From Octopus sinensis (lineage: Eukaryota): a DNA stretch of 64,000 bases. The stretch lies in the NCBI RefSeq assembly GCF_006345805.1, contig NC_042999.1, forward strand, positions 163,432,001 through 163,496,000, given 5' to 3'. Under the pieces are notes generated by a model, which saw only the letters and a list, made by a program, of their open reading frames with translations, ran no database searches and was not told the DNA's origin. Positions 45,455-60,655 of this stretch are shown piece after piece. The stretch's first letter is position 1. Each line of letters begins with the position of its first letter. Position numbers and translations under genes: made by a program.

Positions 45455-48400
45455 GATGGTACTCTGTCAAATTTTAATATTCCTAGATACTTATAACCTA
45501 CCCCTTCCTTCAGTGATTTTAATGTCTGGCCATCTGGTAACTGGGTGCCTTTGCTGTTGACTACCTGTCCCTTTTTTATGGCTAATATTGCACATCCATC
45601 TATGCCAAATTCCAAACCTGTATCTCTGTTGAAGAGTCTTACAGTTTATATTAAGGAATCCATCTACTTTAGATTCTTACTAAAAAGCTTCAGATCATCC
45701 ATGTAGATCAAATGATTAAATTTTCCTTTACTATCTCTAAACTGACACCCTGCCTTTGCCTTACTTAATACTAAACTGGGGTGGGGATTAAACATAACAC
45801 AAACATTAAAGTGAATAATAACTCTCCCTCAAAATTCCTCTCTTGATATTAACTTTCCCTAAGATCGTGTCACCTGAGCAGAGATCTACTTTCCATCTCT
45901 TCATGCTCAATCAAATTAATTCTCTTATGTTGTCTGCAATACTGAATATTCTAAAACATTCACTTATTCATAAGCTTTCTTATAACCTGTCCATGCTATT
46001 GTTAAATTTTTCTTTCTAGATCTCACTTCTTTTAGAACTGCTTTGTCTATATATAATACATCATATTTCCTCTAGCTGTCTTCTTACAACCTTTCTGTTC
46101 TGGCAGTAAATTCTGGCTGTCAAAGTGCTCATAAATGCTTTCTGAGAGCATTCCTGTTGACAGCTTTCACACTAATGGTAATGACTGTGTGGTAAGTAGC
46201 TTGCTAACCAACCACATGGTTCTGGGTTCAGTCCCACTGCGTGGCATCTTGGGCAAGTGTCTTCTGCTATAGCCCCGGGCCGACCAATGCTTTGTGAGTG
46301 GATTTGGTAGACGGAAACTGAAAGAAGCCTGTTGTATATATGTATATATGTATATATATATATATGTATGTGTGTTTGTGTGTCTGTGTTTGTTCCCCTA
46401 GCATTGTTTGACAACCGATGCTGGTGTGTTTACGTCCCCGTCACTTAGCGGTTCGGCAAAAAGAGACCGATAGAATAAGTACTGGGCTTACAAAAAGAAT
46501 ATGTCTCGGGGTCGAGTTGCTCGACTTTAATAGGTGCTCCAGCATGGCCGCAGTCAAATGACTGAAACAAGTAAAAGAGTAAAGTGATTGGTCTCTAATT
46601 ACTAGCTGTATTACCTTTGCTATTGACTTTCATAAGGAGTACTGTCCTCTCTCTAGTCATCCAATCTGGTATTATTCCTCCATTAAGGCAATCCTGATGT
46701 TGTTCCCTCAGCCTCCCATACAAGCTACTAAATTTCTCATATGCTACTAGTACCTTTGAACTAAATCTAATCCTACGTCTTCTAATTCAGCATTTTTCTT
46801 TACACTTTATTCATTAATGCACTAATTAGTCATAGATTTGGCTACTTCTCACTGACTATTTCTTTCCTCACTTTCTTTAACCATACTGTATCTTCATTAT
46901 GATTCACTGGCTTATCCCAAATATCACTCCAAAACTTTCTAGCTTCTTCTGCATTAGGCTTCTCATCTTCAGTATTTCTTCTGCTTTATTTATTTGGCTA
47001 TAAAATTCCCTCTGGTCTGTCTCAAATAATTTATTCTTTTGATACTGATCTATTCTTTTCTGATACTGGGAAAGCTTGCCTGCTATTTCTATGATTCGCT
47101 GTTTCAGTTCTTCCATGATTATCCCAAATCCTTTCTCTTTAGATAAGTATTTTTCTCAAGAGATTTAAATCTTGTGTTTCCTAGCTTGTCCTGTTTTCAG
47201 GCTCCTATTCTGCTCAGGTCTTGTCTTAAAGTCTGCACTGTATTTTCTAATCTCCATTTCCACATCTGCTCCTTCTTATTCTTTATTTGAAGTATACCTA
47301 ATCTGCTCGTAACTACTATCAATGCTTCATAAATCAATAAGTTAGTGTCACCTATACTTTTAGTGTCTATCCTACAGATACAGAACCTACTTTCCTAGTA
47401 ATATCTAGTAACTTCCTTTTAATGCTGGGAATTTTTTTCTTTTTTACTCATTATTTATTTCAACTCAATACACCTTTATTTCTAACTGGCACTAGCAAGG
47501 TTTCCTTACTTTGGGATAGGTGTCTCAGTACGTGCCCAAGTTCAATATGAATGCATGCTTCCACACTTATTAGTTCCCCCCTCCTCCATTTTCTCTCTTC
47601 ATGTATAGACAATCAGTGTCTGCATATGGATGAGGGATTCCATGGCTTCATGCATTGTTAGCTTCCTGTTCGACTCTTCTAAGTCATCCTCTGTCCACTT
47701 CAAGATTCCAACACCATACCAAACTATTGTGATTGTGTGCAAGTTTATTGCTGAAATGTTTCTGGCATTCAGCTTTGAAACTGATATTTTTCTCACTCGC
47801 TGCAGATATTCTTTCTTTGTCTTTTCTTCCATATCATTGTGTTTATTTCGTCTGCCTCAAGTATTCCTAGGTATTTATATCCAGATTCAGATTCAATTAC
47901 CCTCATTGTTTCACCACGTGGCATACGTATGCCATCTGTCCTCACAGGCTTTCATTGTCTCATCCCCATCAAAGCACATTTTGAAAGTCCAATCTCCATC
48001 TTGATATTGTTCAAGAAAATCCACACAGAATGAATATGACTGTCCAGTTCTGCCTCATTTTTTGTGAACAACTTTGTTATCTATGAATAGCAGGAGGTTG
48101 AGTTTTCCCTTAATGCTTCCTAGATCATGTCCTCAACTTTATCTTCTGCAGTATTTCATTCAAGGGGATCATTCTCAGCACAAAGATCAGTGGGCATACA
48201 CTGTCACACTGGAAAATTCTTCTCTTGATTTTCACCTCTCCTAAAATGTGATTACCTGCTGCCAATTCAGTTCTCCAACATTTCATACTGTTCCATATAA
48301 GGCATTTCATATTTTCTGCTACTTCATACATTTCCATAGTTCTTGTTATCCAAGAGTGTGGTATCATATCATGTGTTTTCTTGTACAGTTTCTGATAATT

Positions 48401-48800
48401 AGTTTATGAATTAACAGCTGATTCTTTTATTCCCTGGCTCCTCTTTCAGCACTGTTTCTGTTCAATAAGTAGCAGCCTACTTCTTTCTAAGTATCAATAC
48501 AGTTCACCAGCCAAGACACCTGATAGTAGTTTCCCCATTAGCAGAAGACACACTGTTTGTTGAAAGTTGGATACAATATAACCCTTTTCAGGATCCTTGC
48601 AACATAACAATGCCTGTCCCTCATCCAGCTGTCACACTGTCTTTTCATGTAGCCCTCTCAGCTTCTTCATCCAATAACCCTTGACACCAAGTCCTGAGCT
48701 CTTCCAATTTGGGATTTTCCTTTACTGTCTTTTTATCATTTCTGTAGTTATTTTTATGTCGTCTTGACCTTATGTATTTCTTAACCTATTTTGGATTTCA
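45455..48800 (-). mobile_element. Two fragmented R4/Dong-like LINE copies
   Basis: HLIYMDDLKL, FGIDGCA...YKYLGI, IPHSWI...GEVKIKRRIFQCDSVCPLIF, KNKLFETDQREFY; many stops and frameshifts. Confidence 0.75.
46184..46583 (+). mobile_element. SINE family B nested in R4-like LINE
   Basis: Matches 41760-42170. Confidence 0.9.
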
Positions 48801-48849
48801 TGCAGCTACTCCACTTTATCATTATGCTTTACAGGTAGAGTAGCATATA

Positions 48850-49790
48850 TCATCAAAGTGACATTAGGGTACAAATATACAAAGCCCAATATACCCATCA
48901 TGACTACCTGTCTGATAAGGACACACCAGGCACATGCATCATAGCCATATGTGTTTGACATGCTGACCTCATATCAAGATAAACAATACATGACTTTGCA
49001 AGTGGGGCCAGTTAGGATTTTCTGCAGATCAAATAACTGATCCCAGTCAAAAAGTCCCTGAATAAGGATTATTTAAGGATGATAAATGAAGCTCCCATGT
49101 TTCCAGAAGTGAATTATTCAAGCCAGAAAGAGCTATGATGCTCCCCCACTACTCCCACTCATGATCAGTGATGCAAATATCGTCAGCCACTAAGGGACAT
49201 GCTCAACCAGTTATATCAAGATAAACAGTACATGACCTTGATTCGTTTAAGTATGATAAACAAAAATACCTATGTTTCCAGAAGTGAATTATTCAAACTG
49301 CAAAGAATTCCTCTCAAAACATGACTATGATGTTCCCCAACTACTTCTGCTCATGATCAGAGATGCACATATTGTTGGCCACAAAGGGACACACTCAACT
49401 GGTTAAGGTCAAGCAAATCTGCAGCATTGAGCAGAATATTTGCTGTAGCCCAAGACAAAACAATGTACATGATCACACTGCCAATCAGTTAAAATCAAAA
49501 GCCATGAGAGTCCTGTGCCTGGTACTGTATCAAGGCATTTATTATTATCATTATTATAATTGAGTGAGAGAGAAGTGCATGCCATCAAAGTAACACTGGA
49601 GTAAGAAGCCCAATATACCCACCATGACTACCCGTCTGATAAGAGTACACCAAGCACATGCATTAAAACCATATGTGTGTGACATGCTGACCTCATATCA
49701 AAGTAAACAACACATGACCTTGCAGGTAGTGCCCAGTCAGAATTCTCTTCAAGTTGAGTAGCCCATTCTGCTCAAAAAAATAACATAAGT
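48850..49790. repeat. Tandem and partial copies of an unclassified interspersed repeat
   Basis: 48852-49030 matches 49582-49760; 49095-49210 matches 49272-49410. Confidence 0.6.
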
Positions 49791-49815
49791 ATTATATATA
49801 TATATATACATACAG

Positions 49816-50190
<375 letters not shown>

Positions 50191-50297
50191 AATATATAGT
50201 TATTTTTTTGAAGTCTGTTGAGTTGATAGACTTGCACTTAAAAGTACTGCGTTTTTAATCAAAAATTGTTAGTTACTATGGTGACAATATCACCACC

Positions 50298-50398
<101 letters not shown>

Positions 50399-51944
50399 AA
50401 CTTTTCACACACACATACACACACTCACATACACACATACTCTCTCTGCCCCCTCTCTCTCTTATTGTATTTCTCTCTCAAACACAACTTTTCTCCACCA
50501 CTTCTAAATATACGGTGTGACAGTGGTTATCTCCCCTTTTGATTCCTGCCCTTCTTCCGTCCCTTTAATAGATGTGCCAGACAGGTAGATGGACAGCTCC
50601 TCTTTTATGTCGTCGTCGTCGTTGTCATCATTATTATTCAGTATCTTTAATAAATTTTAACTCAATAACTATTTAGCAATATTTAACACTCACCCTTTAG
50701 TATAAAATTCGTTATTTTCCAAGTAGTTGTAACGAATCAGATCCTTGGGATGTAGATCTGCTCTTTTCCATGGTTTTTGCCCATTTTTGGAAAGTGATTT
50801 TTTTGTTTTGAGTAATTCTTTTTGTTTTTTCTCCAAGTTAAATTTTTCTAATTCTTGATCGAGAGTTACAAGTTCCTAAAAGATAAGGAATAATAAAATA
50901 AAAGAAGAGAAAAGAAAACCATACAAAATTTCCATCAAAGTAATTACTGATTTCTTACAGTAGAGAAGGAACCCAATTGATTGACATGATTCCAGTATGT
51001 TTTTGGCAGTATTTTATCTCCAAAGAGATGAAGAGCAAAGTTAACTCTGACACAGAAGTAATTACTAATATGTTTTTTTATATTTATGCTTTTTGGAGTT
51101 TTGAGAACAGAGGCTGTAGAAGAATGAGTTCAGTAGGATCCACTAGATGTGCAATGTTTTAAAAGAAAAATGGAGAACAGGTAAGATGGGACAGTGGAAA
51201 AGTAGTAAAGGCTAACATCTGCTTGGTGCAAAAGTGTTGCATGCTTAAAGAAGAATGTACCCATTGAAAGGCAGACCGATAACAATATGCAAAGGAGAGG
51301 TAGATTAGATCTGAAAATGTGCTATCTCAGAGTTAACATAATGCAGGATCAAGATATGTCCAATCGCAGATCCATCAAATCCCGACTATCAAGGTAACAT
51401 GATAATAATATTGACAATGATAAAAGCTTAGAATTTATATTGTTTTATACCTAACAACAAATGGCAGCTCTGTATAATTGATTAAGATTTTGTTAATTTG
51501 AAGAAATGGGTTTCAATCCTATGCTGGTTCACACAAGAAAAACTGAACAACATTGGAAACACTGACCAGTGCACAAGTTCAAAATACAGTAGATATGAAA
51601 TGAATATACTTGTTGTTATCCATACAACATATTTCATTACTTCTAGACACATTGTACACAATAGTGATATATCAGAGCTCTACTATAACTACACACAAAA
51701 ATAGCTGCAATATAAATTATCTCTGTAGGTTTCAAACTTTGTCAATCACCTATAAAAAAAAATCTTGAATCAAACCCATTTTTTGACTAATCAAAGCTTT
51801 ATTACTTCCACTGTAATCACCAGTAAAACATCCAGACCTACCTAAAAGATTAGATGGCAAACTAGATGTAAGACTGCCTCAAACACAGCCAAATATTGCA
51901 TGATAGAGGATGTTACATTTTTTTCTAATGATTGCTCATGAAAT

Positions 51945-52470
51945 CGTTGTCGTCATCATCTTCATCATCATCTTCATCATCATCAAACGTATGATTTCCA
52001 TGGTGGCAAGGGTTAGATGGTTTGACAGGAGCTGGTCAACTGGAGAGCTGTCCAGGCTCCAATTGTCTGTATTGGCATGGTTTCTATGACTGGATGCATT
52101 TCCTAATGCCAACCACTTTGCAGTTGCCTTTTTAGGTGCCACCATCATGGGCGTGTTTAAGTTGCACTGACATGAATGCATTTTACATGGTACCAACACA
52201 AGTACATCTTATGCGATACTAGCATGAATATATTTTATGCGGCACTAGCTCTTGCAAGACAAAGATCTCTCAGCTGGGAGGAGTGGGGCATGGCCATAAA
52301 GAACATATCTGTATGTGGGATGGCCATGATTTTACTTAGCTTGACATGTCTTCTCAAGTACGGCAAATTGTTACAAGTTCCAGTCCCTTGTCATCTCTTC
52401 AGCATCTCAAAATCCTTTCTCACCACTTCATCCCACATCATCCTGGGTCTACTACTTTCACAGGTTCCCA
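51945..52470 (-). mobile_element. Old RTE LINE 3' fragment
   Basis: Reverse strand reads GTCESSRPRMMWDEVV, followed by a diverged UTR and (CAT)n. Confidence 0.7.
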
Positions 52471-52656
52471 TGATATTCCAAATTTCTAACTTAAGCTACA
52501 AATTTTTAGTGAATGGTATAGTCAAGTAAATTAACTCAGTTCTTGATTGATGCTTTTTTAATTGGCCTCAGAATGATGAGAAGCAAAGTCAACCCTAGCT
52601 CCCCAAGAACAACAAAAGAAACTACTTCAAATAAAAACAGATATAAAAAGACATAC

Positions 52657-52821
52657 TTTTGTATTGAATAATCTTAGACTCTGGATTTTATCAACATAAA
52701 GTCTTTTCCATGAAGAACATTCAAATGGACTTGGTAACTGAGGTAAATACCACCCAAAGCGTACGCACTTAGGCAGCCATAACTGGTCCATCTCACATAG
52801 TTGATTCCAAAACCAGCAAAC
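52657..52821 (-). CDS. FBXO16: FBXO16-like exon (F-box C-terminal half): VCWFWNQLCEMDQLWLPKCVRFGW...FNTK
   Basis: AG/GT boundaries, 165 nt, phase 0-0, continues the exon at 60656; resembles FBXO16 VCWHWKNLAELDQLWMLKCLRFNW as recalled. Absent from the supplied ORF track. Confidence 0.88.
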
Positions 52822-53160
52822 CTAGTAAAAAATCAAGAGTTACATAATATTAAAAGGAAGAAAATGCTATTAAGTTACATCATTACCAGCTTTCATATTT
52901 TAATCCATTCTATTTCATATAAGAGGAGGATTTACTGTTAGCATTGAATCCCAAACCAATAAAGAAGCCTCTTCATGTTTACTCATGCGTCATATAGTCC
53001 ATTTTTTTATGTGGTTCTCAACTACATCATTGAATCCCATAACAAATTCTAATTCCCTGTGATAACTACTTTCTGCCCACCCCTTTAAATTCATTAATTT
53101 CTTCTTTACATTTGGGTTCCATTCCAATACCACAGTTGATTTTATAAGTGATCAATGCTT

Positions 53161-53191
<31 letters not shown>

Positions 53192-53621
53192 TAATGTTTT
53201 TAGCATTAAACACAAAGTTGATCATGGACTTTCATGTTTATAAATTTGTTACTTTGGTTAACGCTGTCATAATATTTGTGCTGAGATAATGAATGGGTAA
53301 AAAAATAACTATTATTTAACTGATAACTCAAAATTTCAAATGCCTTTATAATCATAAAAAGATCAATATATATATATATTTATCTTACATTATTACTTGG
53401 GTATTATTTTACACTATTTTTTGTTTAGAAATCCAAAACTAAATGTAAATAATACATTTTAACATAATCATAAAGAAATGCACAATATAGTCTACAAGAA
53501 GGCTGTTAGAGAAATGCAATTGCTACAAGAAAAATGTCATGTCTATTTCATGTTTTTAAGAAAAGTTCAGTCAATTCTGTGGATACAGAAAATGTACATG
53601 TGCATATGCATACATACACAC

Positions 53622-53652
<31 letters not shown>

Positions 53653-53656
53653 CACA

Positions 53657-55267
53657 CACTGGCGAAAATAAATTTAAGACCGGTGATAAAAGTTCTATTT
53701 CTTACAAAATACTTTGTTACAAACACCATATAAATTATTTTTATCTTTTACACCTTATGCAGAATTTATTTCTCTTTTGAATGATGCAGACAATAACTAT
53801 TTTTATACAACTTGAAGAATTTTAATGCTAAATTAATTTAAACATTTCAAATTTACCGGCAAAATTAGTTTAAGACCGTATCATCATAATTTTATTTAAA
53901 GTTTAAGATTGTAGGAAAAATGAACAACAAGAACGAAATACATATTAGTACTTTGTGCCATAGCCTTTATTCTTAATAACTGCTGAACAAAGCCTCGGTA
54001 TTGAATTCGCTAAGTGATTACAAAATTCTATGGGAATGTTTTGCCATATTTCATTGATATAATTGAATAATTGTTTTAGATTAGATGGTTTTTTTAGCAT
54101 GGACTTTTTGGAAACATAATTCCACAAGTTCTCAATTGGATTCAAGTCCGGGCTCTGGGGAGGCCATTCGATTACGTCAATATTATGGTGATCAAAAAAT
54201 TCCATAACCCTCTTGGCTTTGTGCACAGGACTATTGTCCTGCTGATAAATAGCCCCCAGAGGCATTTGGTGAGTTAAATATGGCACAACATTATCCTTTA
54301 GTAGATTCATATAACCTACACTATTTAGCTTTCCATCAACTTTAACTAGAAGGCCAACACCAAAGCTACTAAATGTTGCCCACATCATCACGCCCCTACC
54401 ATCCACTTGCAGCGTCTTTTTCAAGCATTTTGGATGGAATTCCTCCGTTGGGCGACATCTGATGTATGTTTTACCATCTGATCCAAATATACAGAAGCGT
54501 GACTCATCACTTCAAAGGAACCTGCATCAATCTTCAGCAGTCCATTGGGCATGGCTTCTTTTGGATATTATTGGCTTTTTCCTAAAGATTCATCCATGTA
54601 GTCCAAATTCCCTCAAACGGTTGCAGACGGTTTGTGGTGTAAAAACAACACCATTCTCATTGGACAATTGTTTACAAATGTCAACAGCTGTCAGCATTCA
54701 GTTGCCTTCCGAAAGTCTGTGGATTCGACAGTCCAACTGCACCGTCATTTTTCTTGGGGCACTAGTCCTTTGCTGATCTTTATATTGACTAGTCTCTGAG
54801 TATAACTTCCACGCTTGCACGCAAGCCATTTTACTGCACTTTAGTTGCTTGCTGATGTTCGAAAAGGAAACTTTTGCTGGTGGAGTAATACGATTTTTGC
54901 TCTCATGACTGGACTGAGGCTACATTGTTTTCCCATTATTAATCAATTGTATAACAATGTTAAATTATAACACTATATAGTGCAGTTAGGCTTGTTGTGT
55001 GACCACCCATTTTGGCAAAAAAATTTGCATACATATAACATGGTCTTAAACTAATTTTGCCGGTAAATTTGAAACCTTTATATTAATTTAGCATTAGAAT
55101 TCTTCAAGTAGTATAAAAACAGTTATTGTCTGCAACAATCGAAAGAGAAATAAATTCTGCATATTTTGTTACTAAAATGAAACAAAATATTTTGTTACTA
55201 AAAAGAAACAAAATATTTTGTAAGGAATGGAACTTTTATCATCGGTCTTAAATTTATTTTTGCCCCA

Positions 55268-55270
<3 letters not shown>
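53657..55270 (-). mobile_element. Tc1 DNA transposon with long IR-DR-type inverted repeats
   Basis: About 220-bp TIRs starting CACTGG, each with inner and outer tttaagacc repeats; transposase 53945-54424 (YQQDNSPVH...WPPQSPDLNPIENLW) plus a frameshifted upstream part. Confidence 0.92.
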
Positions 55271-55312
<42 letters not shown>

Positions 55313-55355
55313 ATATAATATATATATATATACATATACATATATACATATATAT

Positions 55356-55391
<36 letters not shown>

Positions 55392-55446
55392 CATCATCAT
55401 CATCATCATCATCATTTAGCGTCCATATATATATATATATATATAT

Positions 55447-56016
55447 ACATGTATATAAATTAGAGAAGAACCACCATGTAGCAATTCAACAATGATATAC
55501 TTAAATCATACCATATGGAAAAAAATTAAAGTTACGATAAAACATTTACCTAGAACTAAATAAAGTACGAAATAATAAATAAATAGTATATAATTAGTAA
55601 ATAGACTACATGTGTTTTGTGGCTATATTTACAAATTGATAATAAAATCAATTCAATTTGAATATAGTCACTCATCAAGTCTAAGATAAAAACAATAAAA
55701 TAATTAAATGTACGTATATTATCTTATAAGAAAAGATAAATATATATAAAAATACGTAATTTTTAAATAAAAAACTGAACAAAATTCAACAATATATCTT
55801 AAAATAAAAACGTGAAATATCTTATTGAATATATTCTGTTAACTAAATCATTAAACTTAATGTGTAGGACTTAGTATTTATAATAAATTTATCTCGTTAA
55901 AAACTTGGTGTAAATAAAACTATAAATAGATAGAAATATTTATTTTATCTATGAAAATATATTTTAGCTTATAGAAGAAAAGATAACAAACTATAGTATA
56001 TCATTACTGGAAAATT
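55447..56016 (-). mobile_element. Second copy of the 575-bp hammerhead-bearing repeat, core mutated
   Basis: At 55602-55683 CTGATGA has become TTGATGA, GAAA has become AAAA and CACGTG has become CACATG. Confidence 0.8.
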
Positions 56017-56139
56017 AAAATACAAGTAATTAAAACAATGGTGCAGTGGAATCACAGGAGATTAACAACAAAAGCAGAATTTCTATGTGGCAGATACACT
56101 GGAGCAATAAGCTCTAAGAGCATATAGGAATAGACACTC

Positions 56140-56715
56140 TGAAATGTGCAGAAGGATTCCTAGAAGTAGTAGATAGTTTCTGTTATCTAGGTAACCTAAT
56201 TAGCAGTGGTGGAAAATGTTCTGAAAGTAGAGTAGCCAGAGTAAGAATGGGGTAGAAAAGTTCAGAGATCTGTTACCTCTGTTGACAAGAAAACATTTCA
56301 CTTTCAGGGTGAAAGGCAGACTACGATGCTTGTGTAGGAATTGCAATGGTAGTGAGACATGGGGCTCTGAATGTGGAAGACCTGCTAAGACTAGAAAGAA
56401 AGGAAGCAAGCATGCTCTGGTGTATATGCAACATCAGTGTGCATGATCGATTACAAATATATTGAGAGAATAGCTGGGTATAAGAAAAACCAGATGTAGT
56501 GTACAAGAAAGAAGACTGTATTAGTTTGGACATATGATTCATATGATTAAGGATAGTTGTATAAAGAAGTGTTAATCACTCACATTAGATGAAACCTGTG
56601 GAAGAGAAAAACCTAGAAAGATGTGGAATGAGGTGGTGAAGGCTGATCTCTGGATGCTGGAACTCATGACAGTGATGAAAAACACCAAGATGTTATGACA
56701 GAGGCTTGCAAAGTA
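56140..56715 (+). mobile_element. Old RTE LINE C-terminal fragment
   Basis: LEVVDSFCYLG...SESRVARVR, homologous to the 22507-23100 region. Confidence 0.8.
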
Positions 56716-56862
56716 TAATGTATATATGCACACTATGTATTCAACTTTGTCCCTGCCAAGTCTATTAAACTTTCTTCTAACTCTTCTTCCACCACCCAGA
56801 CAATTGGGTCCTACACCTGAGCAGCCACTTTCTGCTGACACCTATTCCTCATTACTAATACC

Positions 56863-57095
56863 TATTTCTTTATTACCCACAAAGGGCTAAACATAGAGGA
56901 GACAAACAAGGACAGACATAGGTATTAAGTCGATTACATCGACCCCAGTGCGGAACTGGTACTTAATTTATCGACCCCGAAAGGATGAAAGGCAAAGTAA
57001 ACCTTGGCGGAATTTGAACTCACAGCGTAACGACAGGCGAAATACCGCTAAGCATTTCTCCCGACGTTCTAATGACTCTGCCAGCTCGCCGCCTT
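56863..57095 (-). mobile_element. SINE family A copy with 12-bp TSD
   Basis: attactaatacc at 56851-56862 and 57096-57107. Confidence 0.9.
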
Positions 57096-58474
57096 ATTAC
57101 TAATACCAATGACCTTACCACCCTTGTTGGTATCCCTGTCATACACTCTCTTCACACAATCTTTAACCCCACAACTTTAATCCCTTTGTCACTCTCCTAT
57201 CTACTGTTACTGTGAGCCATGAAAGCATAATCTCTTACTATTTATCATATCACTATTGCTGTACTGTTAGTCACTGCTCCATCTCTTCTGTTCTCCTCCC
57301 AAACAGCATCCATTCTTCACCCCTGTTAATGATTCACAACATTCATGCCCTCTATATATTTAACCACCTTCACCAGATATTTTTATCCATCTCCCACTAT
57401 CCTTCCACAATCTTGCAACCCTACCCACCACCCTCCCTGATTTTTTTGTATCTACACTCTCTCTTACACATGAATCTTTCCTGTTTGGCCATCAATTTTC
57501 AGTCTCTTTAATTTCTATTTGAATTGATTTCATATTCGGTGTAATGATATAGTTTTATATGCTAATCAATGCTTTGAAATTAATTTTCACCATAAATCAA
57601 TAAATAAAGAGTTAATAGCTTTTAAAGTTTGCAATTTTTGGGCAATTTTAGTCTGTCATAAGCTACAGACACATTCATGCCTGTTTCCATAGTAACAAGC
57701 CAAGCATGTCTGTGAGAAAGCATGTGTTGACAAATATATGCTATTCATTGAAGTGGTGGTGAGATATACTAAAATTAACAGCTAAATAGACATTAAATCA
57801 TACACACACACACCCAAAATTTTTGGCTTTGGTTTTTGCATAATTGTATGAATTCCCATGTGTAGAATACAAATTTGCAAAATATTTTCTGAAAATTTCA
57901 AAATATAAAAAAGTTTATGAGGCATTATATGGCGTGTGTAAAGCAGAATTCTGCCAGTATTTCATTCGTTTACAGCTGACATGTGCTGTCATGCACAAAA
58001 TGACAGCTCCAAATCCCGTTTTCTGACTGGGTGAAAATTATCAAACTTTAAACCTCTATAACTTTTTTAAAAATTTTCTGGCAAAAGCAAAATACCTCCT
58101 GAGATTCAGCTTGGAAAACTACATTAATGTATCAAATTTTTAATTTTTCAATAAACTTCAAATTTTTAAAAATTGGCAGCCAAACTGAAGATCCCTATAC
58201 ATTGCTTGGATATGTTACTATGACAGTATATTCTGGCATCTTGCCATCACTGTATTTACCTGTTTGAGCTACACTCAAACCTCCATCATCTAACCTTATA
58301 AAGAGTGGTGTAGCCATGAATCTCTTCCAAAAGAATAAACCTGTTCCTGCTCCCTAATCATACTTTAACCCCTCAGCACATTGCTAAAAATGATCACCCT
58401 ATCTCTTCTCTCCCCCCTCAGTTAACAGAGGCCCTTCAGTCTTGCAAGTTACAAGGTAACCTAATGACTGGTGT

Positions 58475-60510
58475 AGCAGCACCATAGTCAACTGCTACAA
58501 AGGTAAAGGTGATGCTTTAGATACAAATAATTACAGAGGTATCAAGTTATTGGATCAGGTAACGATGGTCACGGAGAGGGTCATAGCCCAACTAATTAGG
58601 GAGAGAGTCAGTTTAGATGAGATGCAGTTTGGGTTCATGTCAGGAAAAAAACCCACTGATGCTATATTTCTGGTAAGACAGCTGCAGGAGAAATACCTAG
58701 TCTAAGATAAACCTCTGTACCTGGCTTTCGTTAACATGAAAGCTTTCGACAGTGTCTCCCGATCCTTTATCTGGTGGTCAATAAGGAAACTAGGGATAGC
58801 TGAATGGTTAGTGAGAGCTGTGCGAGCCATGTACAAAGATGCTGTCAGTAAGGTGAGGGTTGGCAATGAGTACAGTGAAGAATTTCGGGTAGCGGTAGGT
58901 GTCCACCAAGGCTCAGTCCTCAGCCCCCTCCTATTTATCATAGTCCTCCAGGCAATAACAGAGGAATTCAAGACAGGATGCCCCTGGGAGCTCCTCTATG
59001 CTGACGACCTTGCTCTAATTGCTGAGTCATTATCAGAACTAGAGGAGAAGTTTCAGGTGTGGAAACAAGGATTAGAATTGAAGGGCCTTAGAGTCAACCC
59101 AGCTGAAACCAAAGTCCTAATAAGTGAGAAGGTAGACAAACCACAAATCCCTTCAGGTTGATGGCCCTGTTCGATCTGTAGAAACTCTGTAAGATGTACC
59201 CAGTGTAAGCTATGGACATATAAGTGGTGCAGCAATATCAAAGGAAGGCTAACTGGGAAGATGTATGTTTTTGTATGTGGCAGATGCTCAGGAGCAATAA
59301 ATAACACTGAAAATGTGCAGAGAACAACTTCTGCCACATTCCAGGGAGAAAAACTAGAAGTAGTTGATAGCTTCCGTTACCTTGGTGACCAACTCAGTAG
59401 CAAGGGAGGGTGTGCTGAAAGTGTAGCTGCTAGAATAAGAATAGCCTGGGCAAAGTTCAGAGAGCTCTTACTTCTGCTGGTGACAAAGGGCCTCTCACTC
59501 AGAGTGTATGACGCATGCGTACGAACAACCATGCTACACGGCAATGAAACATGGGCCGTAACTGCTGAGGACATGCGTAAGCTCACAAGGAATGAAGCCA
59601 GTATGCTCCGATGGATGTGTAATGTCAGTGTACATACTCAACAGAGTGCAAGTACCTTGAGAGAAAAGTTGGACCTAAGAAGCATCAGATGTGGTGTGCA
59701 AGAGAGATGACTGCGCTGGTATGGTCATGTGGTGAGAATGGATGAGGATAGCTGTGTGAAAAAGTGCCACACCCTAGCGGTTAAGGGAACCTGTGTAAGA
59801 GGTAGACCCAGGAAGACCTGGGATGAGGTGGTGAAGCACGACCTTTGAACATTAGGCCTCACCGAAGCAATGACTAGTGACCAAGACCTTTGGAAATATG
59901 CTTGAGAAGACCCAGCAAGCCAAGTGAGACCATAACCTTGTGGCCTATGCCAGGGGTGTAACCAGCCCACTTATGCATACCTTTCCTTCATTGGATACTA
60001 AACTCTGCTTGCAAAGACCTGTTGAGGCAAATGAAATCGAAATCAAATTTGATGACTGTCATCTGTGCTAATGGAGCACTAAGAGCAATATCCGAGCATG
60101 ATCGTTGCAAGAGCAGCTGATTGGTTTCTGTGCCGGTGACATGTAAAAAGCACCATTCGCGCGTGATTGTTAGCAGCATTGCCTTACTGGCACTTGTGCC
60201 GGTGGCATGTGAAAAAACATTCAAGCAAAGTCATTGCCGGTGCCACTGGACTGGCTCCTGTGCAGATGGCACATAAAAAACCATTTGAGCGTGGCCGTTG
60301 CCAGTACCACCTGACTGGCTCTCGTGCTCGTGTAATGCAAAAGCACCCACTACTCTCGGAGTAGTTGGTGTTAGGAAGGGCATCCAGCTGTAGAAACTCT
60401 GCCAAATCAGATTGGAGCCTTGTGCAGCCATCTGGTTTGCCAGGCCTCAGTCAAATTGTCCAACCCATGCCAGCATGGAAAGCGGATGTTAAACGATGAT
60501 GATGATGATG
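58475..60510 (+). mobile_element. Second, more degraded copy of the PHD-bearing RTE LINE
   Basis: GVHQGSVLSPLLF, YADD and WPCSIC...CTQCKLWTYKWC...VCGRC, collinear with 21940-24000; (GAT)n tail. Confidence 0.92.
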
Positions 60511-60655
60511 TTCAAACTGAACAGTAACTACTTCAGTCTCATCCTTCTGTGATAGCCAGTGATAGTCATAGAACTTTTCCTTTTTCTCCAAAATTAAAAG
60601 AAAAAAGAAAACACCAAATGAATGAATGGTACAAGAAACAAACAAAAATTCTTAC

